64,000 nucleotides of DNA, from positions 352,001 to 416,000 of the forward strand of contig CAVUMN010000004.1 in the NCBI GenBank assembly GCA_963742735.1. The letters are read 5' to 3'. Of the stretch, positions 18,960 to 28,478 are shown in pieces (the stretch's first letter is position 1; each line of letters starts with the position of its first letter). The stretch is from an uncultured Actinomycetes bacterium (lineage in GTDB: Bacteria > Actinomycetota > UBA4738 > JBBDTT01). Below the pieces are notes generated by a model. That model made no database searches. It saw nothing but the letters and a program-made list of their open reading frames with translations, and was not told where the DNA came from. The translations under genes were made by a program, and so were the position numbers.

Positions 18960-21049
18960 TGCGCCGAACCGTCGCCGTGGCCTCGCTCACGGTCGCGATC
19001 GCCTTCCTCGTCCTGCCTGCGGGGCCGGCCGGCGCGCGCGACTGGCCCGTGGTGGGCGGCGGCGACAAGTACCGCTCGGGCTACAACCCCGACGAGGTGG
19101 CTCCGTACTTCGTGCGCGGCGGCGCGGCGCTGCAGCCCAAGCCGGAATGGATCACGAAGATCTCGGACCTCCCGTCGGGCGTGTTCATCATGGGCGGGAC
19201 CATGGTCGCCGACGGCAAGGTCTACGTGACCGGCGCCTCGACGAACACGATCCTTGCCCTCGACCAGAAGACCGGCATGCCGATCTGGCGGTTCTCGCCC
19301 GACGCGCGGGGCTCGAAGAACCTGCCCGGCGACGGCTACACCGGGGCGTACACGGCCACCAATGCACCCCGGTGGGTGAACGGTGTCGTCTACGCGTCCT
19401 TCACCAACGGGGTCGTGTACGCGCTGAACGGCGACAACGGCCGGAAGCTCTGGCGGTGGGAGGTCCCGGACATCGGCGGCCCGCTCGAGGTCACCGACCA
19501 CACGCTGCCCGCCGACGTGGTGTGGGACTTCACCAACCCCGAGCACCGCGCCAACCCGCTGCGCCGTGAGGTGCCGCCGTTCACCGGCGACTACCCGAAG
19601 TTCCACTCGGTGGTGGACGAGTGCTTCGGCCGGGTCCACGTCGAGACCCTCGACGGCCGGCTGTTCTCGATCGACGCCAGCACCGGAAAGACGCTGTGGC
19701 ACCGGTACGCCGGCGCGCCCGACTGGCCGGGAGAGTTCAACTACCCGGACAACGCGGTGGGCGGACTGACCCCCAACCTCGGCCGACCGACGCGGCGGTT
19801 CGAGGCGCGGCCGGGACCCGGCTGCCTCGGGAAGTACCTGTTCCTCCCCACCGAGGATGGCTACGTGAAGCTGTTCGACGAGAAGACCGGGAGGTTCCTC
19901 GGCGCCTACGACTTCCTGCATGTCGGCGACCTCGGGTTCGTCCACGACGGGGGCGCCGGGCTGGCCATCCCGCCCGGGACCGCGGCCAACCAGGGCACGA
20001 CCCCGGACCTGGTCGTGAACTCGGTCAACAACCGGATGGTCCGCATCAACGTCCCGGACATGACCCCGCAGTGGCGCCACAGCGAGGGCAGCACGGGTCA
20101 GCTGTCCCTGTGTATCGATCGCTCCGACCGGTCCACGTGCACGGTAGTCCCGACCACCATGGACTCGATGTCGGACGGCCCGATCGGCGGCGCGGTGTTC
20201 GGCGGCAACCTGTCCGTCGACCTCGACCTCGGCGTGCTCGCCAACGCGAACCAGGACGGTCACCTCTACATGTGGCGGGACATCGACGTGCAGGGCCAGG
20301 ACCCGCCGCTGATCGCGAATCCGGACGGCTCGGGCATCGGGACGTGGACCAGCGCCCCCAACCCGCAGTCGATCCCCAACCCGCCGAAGACCTCGATCTC
20401 GCACTACCTGCCGCGCGACGGCAAGAACGGCCCGTGGCAGTACGCCACCTCGGTCGTTTCCTCGTCGGTCATGGGCGGGGGCGTCGTCTACTACAACGCG
20501 TCCTGGGAGCACGCGATGTACGGCATCCAGTACGCCCAGGGCGGCCAGGTGCTGGAGACGCCGAAGCTCGTGTTCAAGTACACGCTCCAGCGGGACAAGG
20601 ACTTCAAGTACCCGCCGTTCGGCGACACGTACCCCGAGGACATCGTCGACCTCGACCGCCTGTTCATGGGGTCGCCCTCCCTGGCCGACGGCCACCTGTA
20701 CACCACGTCGTTCGACGGCAACGTCTACTCGTTCAACCTGCAGAAGCCCGTGGCGCGCACGCAGAAGAACCTCGCGCTCCTCGGCTCGGGCCTGGTCCCG
20801 TTCGTCCCCGCGTGGACCCAGGCCCGCGGTGAGTTCGACCGCGTCTGGACCGACGCCGACTGGTACCGAAACCAGCTGAACCCCAATCCCGACTACAAGC
20901 TGCCGGCGGGCCTGGTGCCCATCGGCGTGCCGGCCGCCGCCCTGGCCCTGTGGGTCCGCCGGCGGATCCTCCAGGGACAGCTGCTGCCCCAGCGCAGCCG
21001 GGTCGACCTCCGCCCGCCCGACCTGGAGATGCGATCGCGATGGCGATAG
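18959..21049 (+). CDS. Secreted PQQ-binding-like (BamB-type) beta-propeller protein with C-terminal anchor
   Basis: Signal peptide, WPVVGG...RSG, repeated ALDQKTG..IW, ALNGDNG..LW, SIDASTG..LW blades; C-terminal hydrophobic stretch plus RRR. Confidence 0.75.
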   Translation: MRRTVAVASLTVAIAFLVLPAGPAGARDWPVVGGGDKYRSGYNPDEVAPYFVRGGAALQPKPEWITKISDLPSGVFIMGGTMVADGKVYVTGASTNTILALDQKTGMPIWRFSPDARGSKNLPGDGYTGAYTATNAPRWVNGVVYASFTNGVVYALNGDNGRKLWRWEVPDIGGPLEVTDHTLPADVVWDFTNPEHRANPLRREVPPFTGDYPKFHSVVDECFGRVHVETLDGRLFSIDASTGKTLWHRYAGAPDWPGEFNYPDNAVGGLTPNLGRPTRRFEARPGPGCLGKYLFLPTEDGYVKLFDEKTGRFLGAYDFLHVGDLGFVHDGGAGLAIPPGTAANQGTTPDLVVNSVNNRMVRINVPDMTPQWRHSEGSTGQLSLCIDRSDRSTCTVVPTTMDSMSDGPIGGAVFGGNLSVDLDLGVLANANQDGHLYMWRDIDVQGQDPPLIANPDGSGIGTWTSAPNPQSIPNPPKTSISHYLPRDGKNGPWQYATSVVSSSVMGGGVVYYNASWEHAMYGIQYAQGGQVLETPKLVFKYTLQRDKDFKYPPFGDTYPEDIVDLDRLFMGSPSLADGHLYTTSFDGNVYSFNLQKPVARTQKNLALLGSGLVPFVPAWTQARGEFDRVWTDADWYRNQLNPNPDYKLPAGLVPIGVPAAALALWVRRRILQGQLLPQRSRVDLRPPDLEMRSRWR

Positions 21050-21693
21050 CGACCCGGCCCCCACAGCTGAAGCGGCCCGCGCGCGCGACGCCGTCCCGGC
21101 TCGAGGACACGCAGGCTTTCACGGTCCCCTGGCGGACGATCGCGCTCTCGGTCCTGCTGGTGATCGCCGTCATGGCGGCGTGGTCGGTGACCACCAACAC
21201 CTACGCGGTCCTTGGGCAGCAGCGCCTGCAGGACCGGTGGGCGGACACGATCGCGCGGGGCGAGACCCTCGAGTCGCCGGCGATCGGCCAGGCCGTCGCC
21301 CGAATCTCGATCCCCGCCCTGGGGATCGAGCGCGTGGTGGTCGAGGGGGCCACGCACGAGCAGCTGCGGACGGCGCCCGGCCATCTTCCGGACTCCGCCC
21401 TGCCCGGCACCATCGGCAACAGCGTGATCCGCGGGCACCGGCTGCTTTGGTCCGGCCCGTTCCGCCGGATCGATGAGCTGAACTTCGGCTCGCCGATCAT
21501 GGTTCAGCTCGCCGACGGCCGCGTCTACACCTTCCTCGTCTCCGGCGTGTTCCACATGCTCCCGAACGACCCCGACATCGTCTCCAGCGAGAGCGCGGGG
21601 CCGATGATCACCCTGGTCACCAGCGACCCCCCCTTCCGCGCCGACCGGGTCCTGGTCGTCAAGGCCTTCCTGCCCTTCGAGGAGACTTCGTGA
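21040..21693 (+). CDS. Sortase-fold protein (class D/E-like) with Ser replacing the catalytic Cys
   Basis: TM anchor; ARISIPALG..VVVEG; PGH; GNSVIRGHR; TLVTS instead of TLxTC. Confidence 0.8.
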   Translation: MAIATRPPQLKRPARATPSRLEDTQAFTVPWRTIALSVLLVIAVMAAWSVTTNTYAVLGQQRLQDRWADTIARGETLESPAIGQAVARISIPALGIERVVVEGATHEQLRTAPGHLPDSALPGTIGNSVIRGHRLLWSGPFRRIDELNFGSPIMVQLADGRVYTFLVSGVFHMLPNDPDIVSSESAGPMITLVTSDPPFRADRVLVVKAFLPFEETS

Positions 21694-22064
21694 AGCGCCT
21701 GGCCAGGTGGCTGGGGCCGTGGCCGGGACGGCTCGAGAGCGCCGGCCACGTCAAGCGCCGCATGCTGGTGATCGCCGTGGTCGGGGCGCTCTCGGTGGGC
21801 GGGGTGTACGCCGTGAGCCAGTTCGGTCCGGAGACCGGGCCGTTCACCGGTGCGGAGCTCCGAGACATGTCCGGCCTGCCGCAGCCACCGGTGCGCTTCG
21901 CGATCGACGGCGACGGCAACTATCACGAGCTCACCACCGAGGAGCTCCAGCAGCTCCAGGAGCTCCAGACGTTCATCGACAGCATCCCGGCCCAGAACTT
22001 CGGGGCGGGGGTCACGCTTCCGCAGGCCGAGGGGCCCACTGCGGACGACGGCGGAGAAGGTTAG
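21690..22064 (+). CDS. Small single-TM hypothetical protein
   Basis: GTGA overlap with the sortase stop; one TM; GC-rich coding pattern. Confidence 0.55.
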   Translation: MKRLARWLGPWPGRLESAGHVKRRMLVIAVVGALSVGGVYAVSQFGPETGPFTGAELRDMSGLPQPPVRFAIDGDGNYHELTTEELQQLQELQTFIDSIPAQNFGAGVTLPQAEGPTADDGGEG

Positions 22065-22096
22065 GTTGAACCACCGAACCAGGGGAGGGGATTGAC

Positions 22097-23803
22097 GTGC
22101 TTCCAGGCCTGCCCCCCGAGGAGCTTCGCAAGCGCCGCAACCGTCCCGACCGGCGCCTGAAAGGCGCGGACCGTGACCGGTACCCCTACGCCCACGCCGA
22201 GCACGGCCCGCTCACCGAGGACGACGCGACGTCGCTCGGCTTCGACACACGGGTGAACCGGCGCGACTTCCTGACGGTCGCCGGCAAGCTCGGCCTCGGC
22301 TCGATGGCCACGGCAGCCCTCTACCCCTCGTTCCTGGCCGCGTGCGGCAGGACGATCGAGGAGGGCCAGGGGGTCGGGTTCGGCGGGAGCGCCGGGACCG
22401 GCGACACCATCAACATCGGGATCATCTCGATCTACTCGGGCGTCGGGGCGTTCATCGGCACGCTGGTGAAGCACGGGGCCGAGCTCGCCGTGGAGCAGAT
22501 CAACAAGCACGGCGTGGACATCCCGGCGGTCGGCGAGGGGTCGATCTTCCCGGACTTCAACGCCTACCAGGCGCTGTCCAAGGGCGGGGTCCTGGGCGGC
22601 AAGAAGATCAACCTGATCCAGCGCGACGACAACCTGTCCGCGAACACAGCCATCTCCGCGCTCCAGGAGATGATCTCCAAGTTCCAGATCAAGGGCGTGA
22701 TCTTCGCCGGCCTCCTCGACGACATCTACGCCTGCAAGCGGCTGGTCCAGCAGGCGAACATGCCGGCCATCGCCTGCTACTCCGACATCTTCTCCACGGG
22801 GAACCTGTTCCCGCAGTCGGACTACAAGCAGGTGTTCCAGATCTTCCCGCCGGACGTGTGGGCCACCGAGGTCCTCGCCGACTACGCGATCGGCGACCGC
22901 GGGTACTCGTCGTTCGCGTTCATCGGCGACAACACGAACATCGGCAACCAGGGCCGGGGACAGGTTCAGAAGGCCCTCGCCGACCGGGGGGCGGAGCTCG
23001 CCGCGGCCGAGCAGTACAACGTCGGCGACACCGACATGACCGCACAGATGCTTCGGATCAAGGGGACGGGCTGCGACGCCCTGTTCCTGTGGGGCCTGGC
23101 CGGGGACACCGCGCACGGGCTGCAGAACATCGAGGCGCTGGAAGGCGGCTACGTCGACCGCGACCGCGCGAAGGCGGAGGGGTGGCATCCGCAGATCCTC
23201 GGGTTCCCGGGGGGCGCCGCGGAACGGACGTTCGCCGAGCTGGCCGGACCCGCCGCCAAGGCCGGGACGGTCTCCACCTGGTACATGGGCGGGCTCGGCT
23301 ACATCCCCGAGTTCCAGGGCGCGGTCGAGCTCTTCGAGCAGCGGTGGGGCTCCGCTCCGACCGGCGGCGAGAACAACCCCTCCGACTCGTGCTTCCTGTT
23401 GGCGAAGGCATTCGACACCGCCGGGGGCACCGACCCCGCCAAGGTGATCGCGACGCTGGAGAAGACGAGCATCAACTTCTCCTCGGCGACGCCCCACTCG
23501 TTCGCGCCCGACCGGCACATCTCACTCACCAAGGAGGACATCGTCGGCGTCTGCCTGGAGCGCGGGAAGGCGACGTCGACCGAGCCGTCCTACGAGCTCG
23601 GCACGGAGTTCGAGGACTTCTTCGCGCCCGGGTACATCGGCCCGACGCACTTCGTGCGGCTGAACCTGGAGGCCAACCTGAAGAAGCACCCCGACCTCGA
23701 GAAGATCTTCCTGGAGAACGGGTTCGGGACCCAGTGCACCAAGGTGAAGGACGAGTCCAACGCGCACGGATTCCGCCTCACCAACGACTGCAAGATCCAC
23801 TGA
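22097..23803 (+). CDS. Tat-exported LivK-like binding lipoprotein
   Basis: NRRDFL twin-arginine motif, LAAC lipobox, GGVLGGKKINLIQRDD, EQYNVGDTDMTAQ. Confidence 0.8.
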   Translation: MLPGLPPEELRKRRNRPDRRLKGADRDRYPYAHAEHGPLTEDDATSLGFDTRVNRRDFLTVAGKLGLGSMATAALYPSFLAACGRTIEEGQGVGFGGSAGTGDTINIGIISIYSGVGAFIGTLVKHGAELAVEQINKHGVDIPAVGEGSIFPDFNAYQALSKGGVLGGKKINLIQRDDNLSANTAISALQEMISKFQIKGVIFAGLLDDIYACKRLVQQANMPAIACYSDIFSTGNLFPQSDYKQVFQIFPPDVWATEVLADYAIGDRGYSSFAFIGDNTNIGNQGRGQVQKALADRGAELAAAEQYNVGDTDMTAQMLRIKGTGCDALFLWGLAGDTAHGLQNIEALEGGYVDRDRAKAEGWHPQILGFPGGAAERTFAELAGPAAKAGTVSTWYMGGLGYIPEFQGAVELFEQRWGSAPTGGENNPSDSCFLLAKAFDTAGGTDPAKVIATLEKTSINFSSATPHSFAPDRHISLTKEDIVGVCLERGKATSTEPSYELGTEFEDFFAPGYIGPTHFVRLNLEANLKKHPDLEKIFLENGFGTQCTKVKDESNAHGFRLTNDCKIH

Positions 23804-23813
23804 GGGGGGCCGG

Positions 23814-24698
23814 ATGCAGCTGCTCCTGCAGAGCGTGATCTCGGGACTGCTCCAGGGCAGCGTCTACGCCGTGCTCGCGCTGGCCTTCTCGATCATCTAC
23901 ATGACCACCCGGACCATCAACTTCGCCCAGGGCCAGCAGCTGATGGTCGGGGCGTTCATCTACTTCGCGCTCCAGGTCGGGGTGGGACTCCCGATCCCGC
24001 TGGCGCTGCTCGGCGCCATCGTGGCCTCGATCCTGATCGGCCTGCTCGTGGAGCGGCTCGGCCTCCGGCCGCTGGGACAGTTCGACCCCAACACCAACAT
24101 CGGTTGGATCCTCACCACCCTCGCGCTGGGCCTCATCTTCCAGGACCTGATGCGCCTCATCGCGGGGACCGAGAACCGCACCGTCCCCAAGGTGGTCGAG
24201 ACGATCGCCGGCAGGAGCGCGATCTCGGGCATCGACATCCAGAAGTACCTGATCTTCGTGGTGGGCATCACCCTGGCCCTGGTCCTGGAGGCGCTGCACC
24301 GCAAGACGAAGCTCGGACGGGCGTTGCGCGCCACCGCCCACGACCGCAACACCGCGGCGCTGATGGGGATCAACCCCCAGTTCATGGTCCTGTACTCATT
24401 CGGGTTGGCCGGCGCCCTGGCCGCCATCGCCGGCTGGCTGATCGTGCCCGTCACCTTCCTGACGCTGGAGATGGGGACGTTCACCGGCCTGAAGGCGTTC
24501 GCCGGGGCCGTGGTCGGGGGCATCGGCTCCACCCGCGGGGCGCTGGTGGGCGGCCTGGTGGTCGGGCTCGCCGAGTCCTCCACGGTGTTGTTCCGGGCCC
24601 CGCAGTGGGGCAACGCCATCGTCTTCGCGCTCCTCATCGTGATCCTGATGGTGAAGCCCACCGGAATCCTCGGTGACGCCCTGATCGAGAAGGTCTGA
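23814..24698 (+). CDS. livH: LivH-like ABC permease
   Basis: GSVYAVLA, INFAQG, LGRALRA, KAFAGAVVGG, KPTGILG. Confidence 0.9.
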   Translation: MQLLLQSVISGLLQGSVYAVLALAFSIIYMTTRTINFAQGQQLMVGAFIYFALQVGVGLPIPLALLGAIVASILIGLLVERLGLRPLGQFDPNTNIGWILTTLALGLIFQDLMRLIAGTENRTVPKVVETIAGRSAISGIDIQKYLIFVVGITLALVLEALHRKTKLGRALRATAHDRNTAALMGINPQFMVLYSFGLAGALAAIAGWLIVPVTFLTLEMGTFTGLKAFAGAVVGGIGSTRGALVGGLVVGLAESSTVLFRAPQWGNAIVFALLIVILMVKPTGILGDALIEKV

Positions 24699-24701
24699 GC
24701 G

Positions 24702-26912
24702 ATGGCCCGGAACAGGACCTGGGAGCAACTGCGGGCGGCCTCCGAGGAGGCCAAGAAGGAGCGCGATCGCCGGAAGGCCGTCCGGCTGATACAGAAGATC
24801 GCCGCCGAGGGGCACGACCCGAAGCAGGTCGTGCGGGAGGCGATGCGGGGCAACGGCCGGCGCGCTGCGCCCGAGCCCGAGATCGACATCCCCCTCGACG
24901 GGGACGTCACGGGCGACGGCGTCACCAACTGGGAGGACGCGGTCCAGCACACGCCGTTCGACCCCCGGAGCCTGCTGAAGCCGAAGGTCATCTTCTTCGC
25001 GCTGCTGCTGGTCGCGCTGATCGCCTACCCGCTGGGTGGGTTCCGGCTGCTGCCGCTCGATCAGGACAAGTTCCTGTCGCTCAACTTCATCCTGCAGTAC
25101 GCGATCATCATCACCGGCCTGAACCTCGTCGCCGGGTTCACCGGGCTGCTGTCGCTCGGCCAGTCGATCTTCACCGCGATCGGCGGCTACGCCTCGGCGA
25201 TCATCACGCTCCAGATGTTTCCGGACTGGCACGGCGGGCCGTGGGTCGGGCTCGCCGTGGCCATGGTGGTCAGCGCGCTCATCGCCATCGTCCTCGCGTT
25301 GCCGTCCCTGCGGGTCCGGGGCGCATACCTGGCCATCGTGACCTTGGCCTTCGTTCCCATCTTCGCCACCGTGTTCGCCCAGGGCCCCTCCGGCATCTTC
25401 GGCGGGAGCGAGGGGCTGCGAGACATCCGCGCGGTGGTCCAGACCTCCACGGCCTCGGTGACCGAGGCGAACACGCTCTATCCGCCATGGGGCGGGAACC
25501 CGATGACGAATGTGGACCTCTACTTCCTGACGCTGGCGTTCCTCGTCGCGATCACCCTTGGCACACGGAACCTGATCAAGTCCCGGTGGGGCCGCGCGTG
25601 GATGGCCATCCGGGAGTCCGAGATCGCCGCGAAGTCTTCCGGGGTGAACGTCTACCGGTTCAAGATCACCGCCTTTGCGATATCGGCCGTGTTCGCGGCC
25701 ATCGCGGGGTGGGTCTTCGTGCACAACGGCGGGTTCATCTCACCGAACTTCCCGTCGCAGATCCCCGAGTCGTTCAAGTACGTCGTGATCATGATCGTGG
25801 GCGGCACCGGGACCCTGGCCGGGCCCATCGTGGGCTCGGCGGTGCTCGAGATCGGCCGTGTCCTCCCGGAGCCGTTCGGTACCCGGAACTATCCCGACTT
25901 CCAGAACCTGATCCTGGGTGCGGTTGCCCTGTTCACGGTCATCACCGCCCCCGGCGGCGTCGTCGGCGTGGCCAAGCAGACGGCCGAGCGGTTCCGGCGC
26001 CGGTTCATCGGCGGGCGGCGGCCGACGGTGCAGGCGGTGCCGATCGCGCAGGAGATGACGCGTCCGCAGCCCCGCCTGGACCTGGTGGAGCTCGAGGACG
26101 ACATCATTCTGGAGGCCCGCGAGATGTCGAAGATCTTCGGTGGCCTCCGCGCCAACAACAAGGTGTCGATCAAGGTCAAGCGGGGCACCGTCCACGCCCT
26201 GATCGGCCCCAACGGGTCTGGGAAGACCACGTTCATCAACGTGGTCACCGGCGTGTACACGCCCGAAGAGGGCTCCGTCTATTTCATGGGCCGCAAGATC
26301 TCCGGCGAGCCTGCCTACGTCACCGTCGAGATGGGCCTCGGCCGCACGTTCCAGAACCTCCAGCTGTGGCGGCGGATGACGGTCCTCGAGAACGTCATGG
26401 TCGGGCTGCACGTCCGGTCCCGGGCCAGCCTGATGGCCTCGGCCGCGCGCATGCCGTGGGCCCGCCGAGAGGAGGAGCGCCTGCGCCAGCGCTCGCTGGG
26501 CCTCCTCGCGTTCGTCGGCCTGGAGCGCTACGCGGACGTCCTGGCCGGCCAGCTTCCCTACGGACCGCAACGGCGGCTCGAGGTCGCCCGGGCGCTGGCG
26601 CTGGATCCCGCGCTGCTGGTCCTGGACGAGCCCGCGGCGGGCCTGAACCCTGCCGAGGTCGGGGAGTTCACCGACCTGATCCGCAAGATCCGCGACACCG
26701 GCATCACCGTGTTCCTGATCGAGCACCACATGGACCTCGTCCTGGCGGTGTCCGACCAGATCAGCGTCCTCGACTACGGCACGAAGATCGCCGACGGCAG
26801 CCCTCGCGAGGTCGCCTCGGACCCGAAGGTCATCGAGGCCTACCTGGGGGCGGAGGGCGGCGAGGCCGAGGACGAGGAAGCCGCCGCCGAGGCCGAGCGA
26901 GTGGGAGCGTAG
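24702..26912 (+). CDS. Fused LivM-like permease and LivG-like ATPase with N-terminal extension
   Basis: GLLSLGQ, YLAIVT, WGRAWMAIRE; GPNGSGKTT, RTFQN, VLDEPAAGL, IEHHM. Confidence 0.9.
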   Translation: MARNRTWEQLRAASEEAKKERDRRKAVRLIQKIAAEGHDPKQVVREAMRGNGRRAAPEPEIDIPLDGDVTGDGVTNWEDAVQHTPFDPRSLLKPKVIFFALLLVALIAYPLGGFRLLPLDQDKFLSLNFILQYAIIITGLNLVAGFTGLLSLGQSIFTAIGGYASAIITLQMFPDWHGGPWVGLAVAMVVSALIAIVLALPSLRVRGAYLAIVTLAFVPIFATVFAQGPSGIFGGSEGLRDIRAVVQTSTASVTEANTLYPPWGGNPMTNVDLYFLTLAFLVAITLGTRNLIKSRWGRAWMAIRESEIAAKSSGVNVYRFKITAFAISAVFAAIAGWVFVHNGGFISPNFPSQIPESFKYVVIMIVGGTGTLAGPIVGSAVLEIGRVLPEPFGTRNYPDFQNLILGAVALFTVITAPGGVVGVAKQTAERFRRRFIGGRRPTVQAVPIAQEMTRPQPRLDLVELEDDIILEAREMSKIFGGLRANNKVSIKVKRGTVHALIGPNGSGKTTFINVVTGVYTPEEGSVYFMGRKISGEPAYVTVEMGLGRTFQNLQLWRRMTVLENVMVGLHVRSRASLMASAARMPWARREEERLRQRSLGLLAFVGLERYADVLAGQLPYGPQRRLEVARALALDPALLVLDEPAAGLNPAEVGEFTDLIRKIRDTGITVFLIEHHMDLVLAVSDQISVLDYGTKIADGSPREVASDPKVIEAYLGAEGGEAEDEEAAAEAERVGA

Positions 26913-26914
26913 AC

Positions 26915-27709
26915 ATGGCCAGGACCAAGGCAGCCGCGGAGACCGACGAGACCACCGAGCCCGAGGAGCAGGCAGCCGCGCCGGACGGCGGCGCGCCGCT
27001 CCTGAAGGTCGACACGCTGTCGGTCTTCTACGGGGCCATCGAGGCCCTGCGCAGCATCTCCTTCGAGGTCCGCGAGGGCGAGGTCGTGGTGATCATCGGC
27101 TCGAACGGAGCGGGGAAGACGACGACCCTGAAGACCCTGTCCGGCCTCCCCGAGCTCCTGAAGACGGTCCGGGGCCACGTGGAGTTCCGGGGCCAGCGCG
27201 TGGACGGCCTGTCCCCGAGCAAGATCGCCAAGATGGGCCTGGCCCACGTCCCGGAGGGCCGGAAGATCTTTCCCGACCAGTCGGTGCGGGACAACCTGCT
27301 CCTGGGCGCGTTCCAGCGCGACGACGGCGAGGTCGAGGCCGACATCGAGAAGATGTACGAGCGGTTCCCGATCCTCGGCGAGCGCAAGGGCCAGATGGCC
27401 GGGCTGATGTCCGGCGGCGAGCAGCAGATGCTCGCCATCGCCCGGGCCCTGATGGCCCGGCCGAGGATGATCCTGTTCGACGAGCCGTCGATGGGGCTCG
27501 CCCCGCTCATCGTGAAGCGGGTGTTCGAGATCATCGCCGAGCTCAAGAAGGAGGGGAAGACGATCCTGCTCGTCGAGCAGATGGCGTTCCAGGCCCTCGG
27601 CCTGGCCGACCGGGCCTACGTCCTGGAGACGGGCGAGATCACCCTCGAGGGCAGCGGCCAGGAGCTGCTGAACGACCCCCGGGTCAAGGAAGCGTATCTG
27701 GGGGCGTAG
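26915..27709 (+). CDS. livF: LivF-like ABC ATPase
   Basis: GSNGAGKTT, VPEGR, MSGGEQQM, FDEPSMGL, VEQ. Confidence 0.9.
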   Translation: MARTKAAAETDETTEPEEQAAAPDGGAPLLKVDTLSVFYGAIEALRSISFEVREGEVVVIIGSNGAGKTTTLKTLSGLPELLKTVRGHVEFRGQRVDGLSPSKIAKMGLAHVPEGRKIFPDQSVRDNLLLGAFQRDDGEVEADIEKMYERFPILGERKGQMAGLMSGGEQQMLAIARALMARPRMILFDEPSMGLAPLIVKRVFEIIAELKKEGKTILLVEQMAFQALGLADRAYVLETGEITLEGSGQELLNDPRVKEAYLGA

Positions 27710-28460
27710 CCCCCGATTCGCCGCCCGCCGAAACCGATAGCTGGTCCCCGACCGCCCCCTGGATCTCCTCGGCCATGCGCCGCTGGAACGCGGTCATCAG
27801 GACCGTGGACGCGATCGGGTTCAAGCGCTCGACGGACTGCCGGATCCGGTCCCACTGCTGGGGGGGATGCCCGGCCGCCTCGAACGGCCCCCAGATGTGC
27901 TCCAGGAACAGACGCACGAACGTCCGGGCCACGGCGTCCGCGTCGCGGGCGACCTCCTCCATCACCGCGAGGGCCTCGCCCAGAGGAACGCCGAGGGCCA
28001 CGACCTGCTCGCCCGCCCGCAGCAGCGTCGGGCTGTCCACCCGGAACCGGCCGTCCTCGAGCGGGCTGAGGATCCCGAGCTCGGCGCCCCGGCGGACGGC
28101 TTCGGGATCGAGCGTTCCGTAGCGCCGGGCGAGCTCCTCGGCCTCGATGATCTCCGGCTCCTCGGGCGCCCAGGGCACCAGCAGGGCGGTCCCGAACCGC
28201 AGCGCTTCGTCGACGCCCACGCCGGGGGCGACGTCGAGCAGCTTGCGGATGGCCTCGAGGTTGAAGCCGGCCTCCTGGAGCTCCCGGATCAGCTGGATGC
28301 GGGCCTCGTGGACCGCCCCGTAGTACCCGGTCCGGCCGCGGATCTCGGGCGGCGAGATCAGCCCCCGGCTCTGGTAGGCGCGGATGTTGCGGGCGGTGAG
28401 GCCCGTGCGCCGGGCCAGCTCGTCGATCGTGACCCCGAGGGCCGTCTCCACCTCCGCCAT
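27684..28460 (-). CDS. MerR family transcriptional regulator
   Basis: TIDELARRTGLTARNIRAYQSRGLI..P..RGRTGYY MerR HTH. Confidence 0.9.
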   Translation of the reverse strand: MAEVETALGVTIDELARRTGLTARNIRAYQSRGLISPPEIRGRTGYYGAVHEARIQLIRELQEAGFNLEAIRKLLDVAPGVGVDEALRFGTALLVPWAPEEPEIIEAEELARRYGTLDPEAVRRGAELGILSPLEDGRFRVDSPTLLRAGEQVVALGVPLGEALAVMEEVARDADAVARTFVRLFLEHIWGPFEAAGHPPQQWDRIRQSVERLNPIASTVLMTAFQRRMAEEIQGAVGDQLSVSAGGESGATPPDTLP

Positions 28461-28478
28461 GTCGGCCGATCTTACCAC

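Noticed and set aside
18959-21049. PQQ-dependent alcohol dehydrogenase
   Set aside because: No vicinal Cys-Cys or recognisable catalytic motifs and no pqq genes; only propeller repeats are supported
14738-22064. Type VII secretion or WxL surface cluster
   Set aside because: No FtsK-like ATPase, WXG100 or DUF916 gene; the WKL at the lipoprotein end fits an Ig strand
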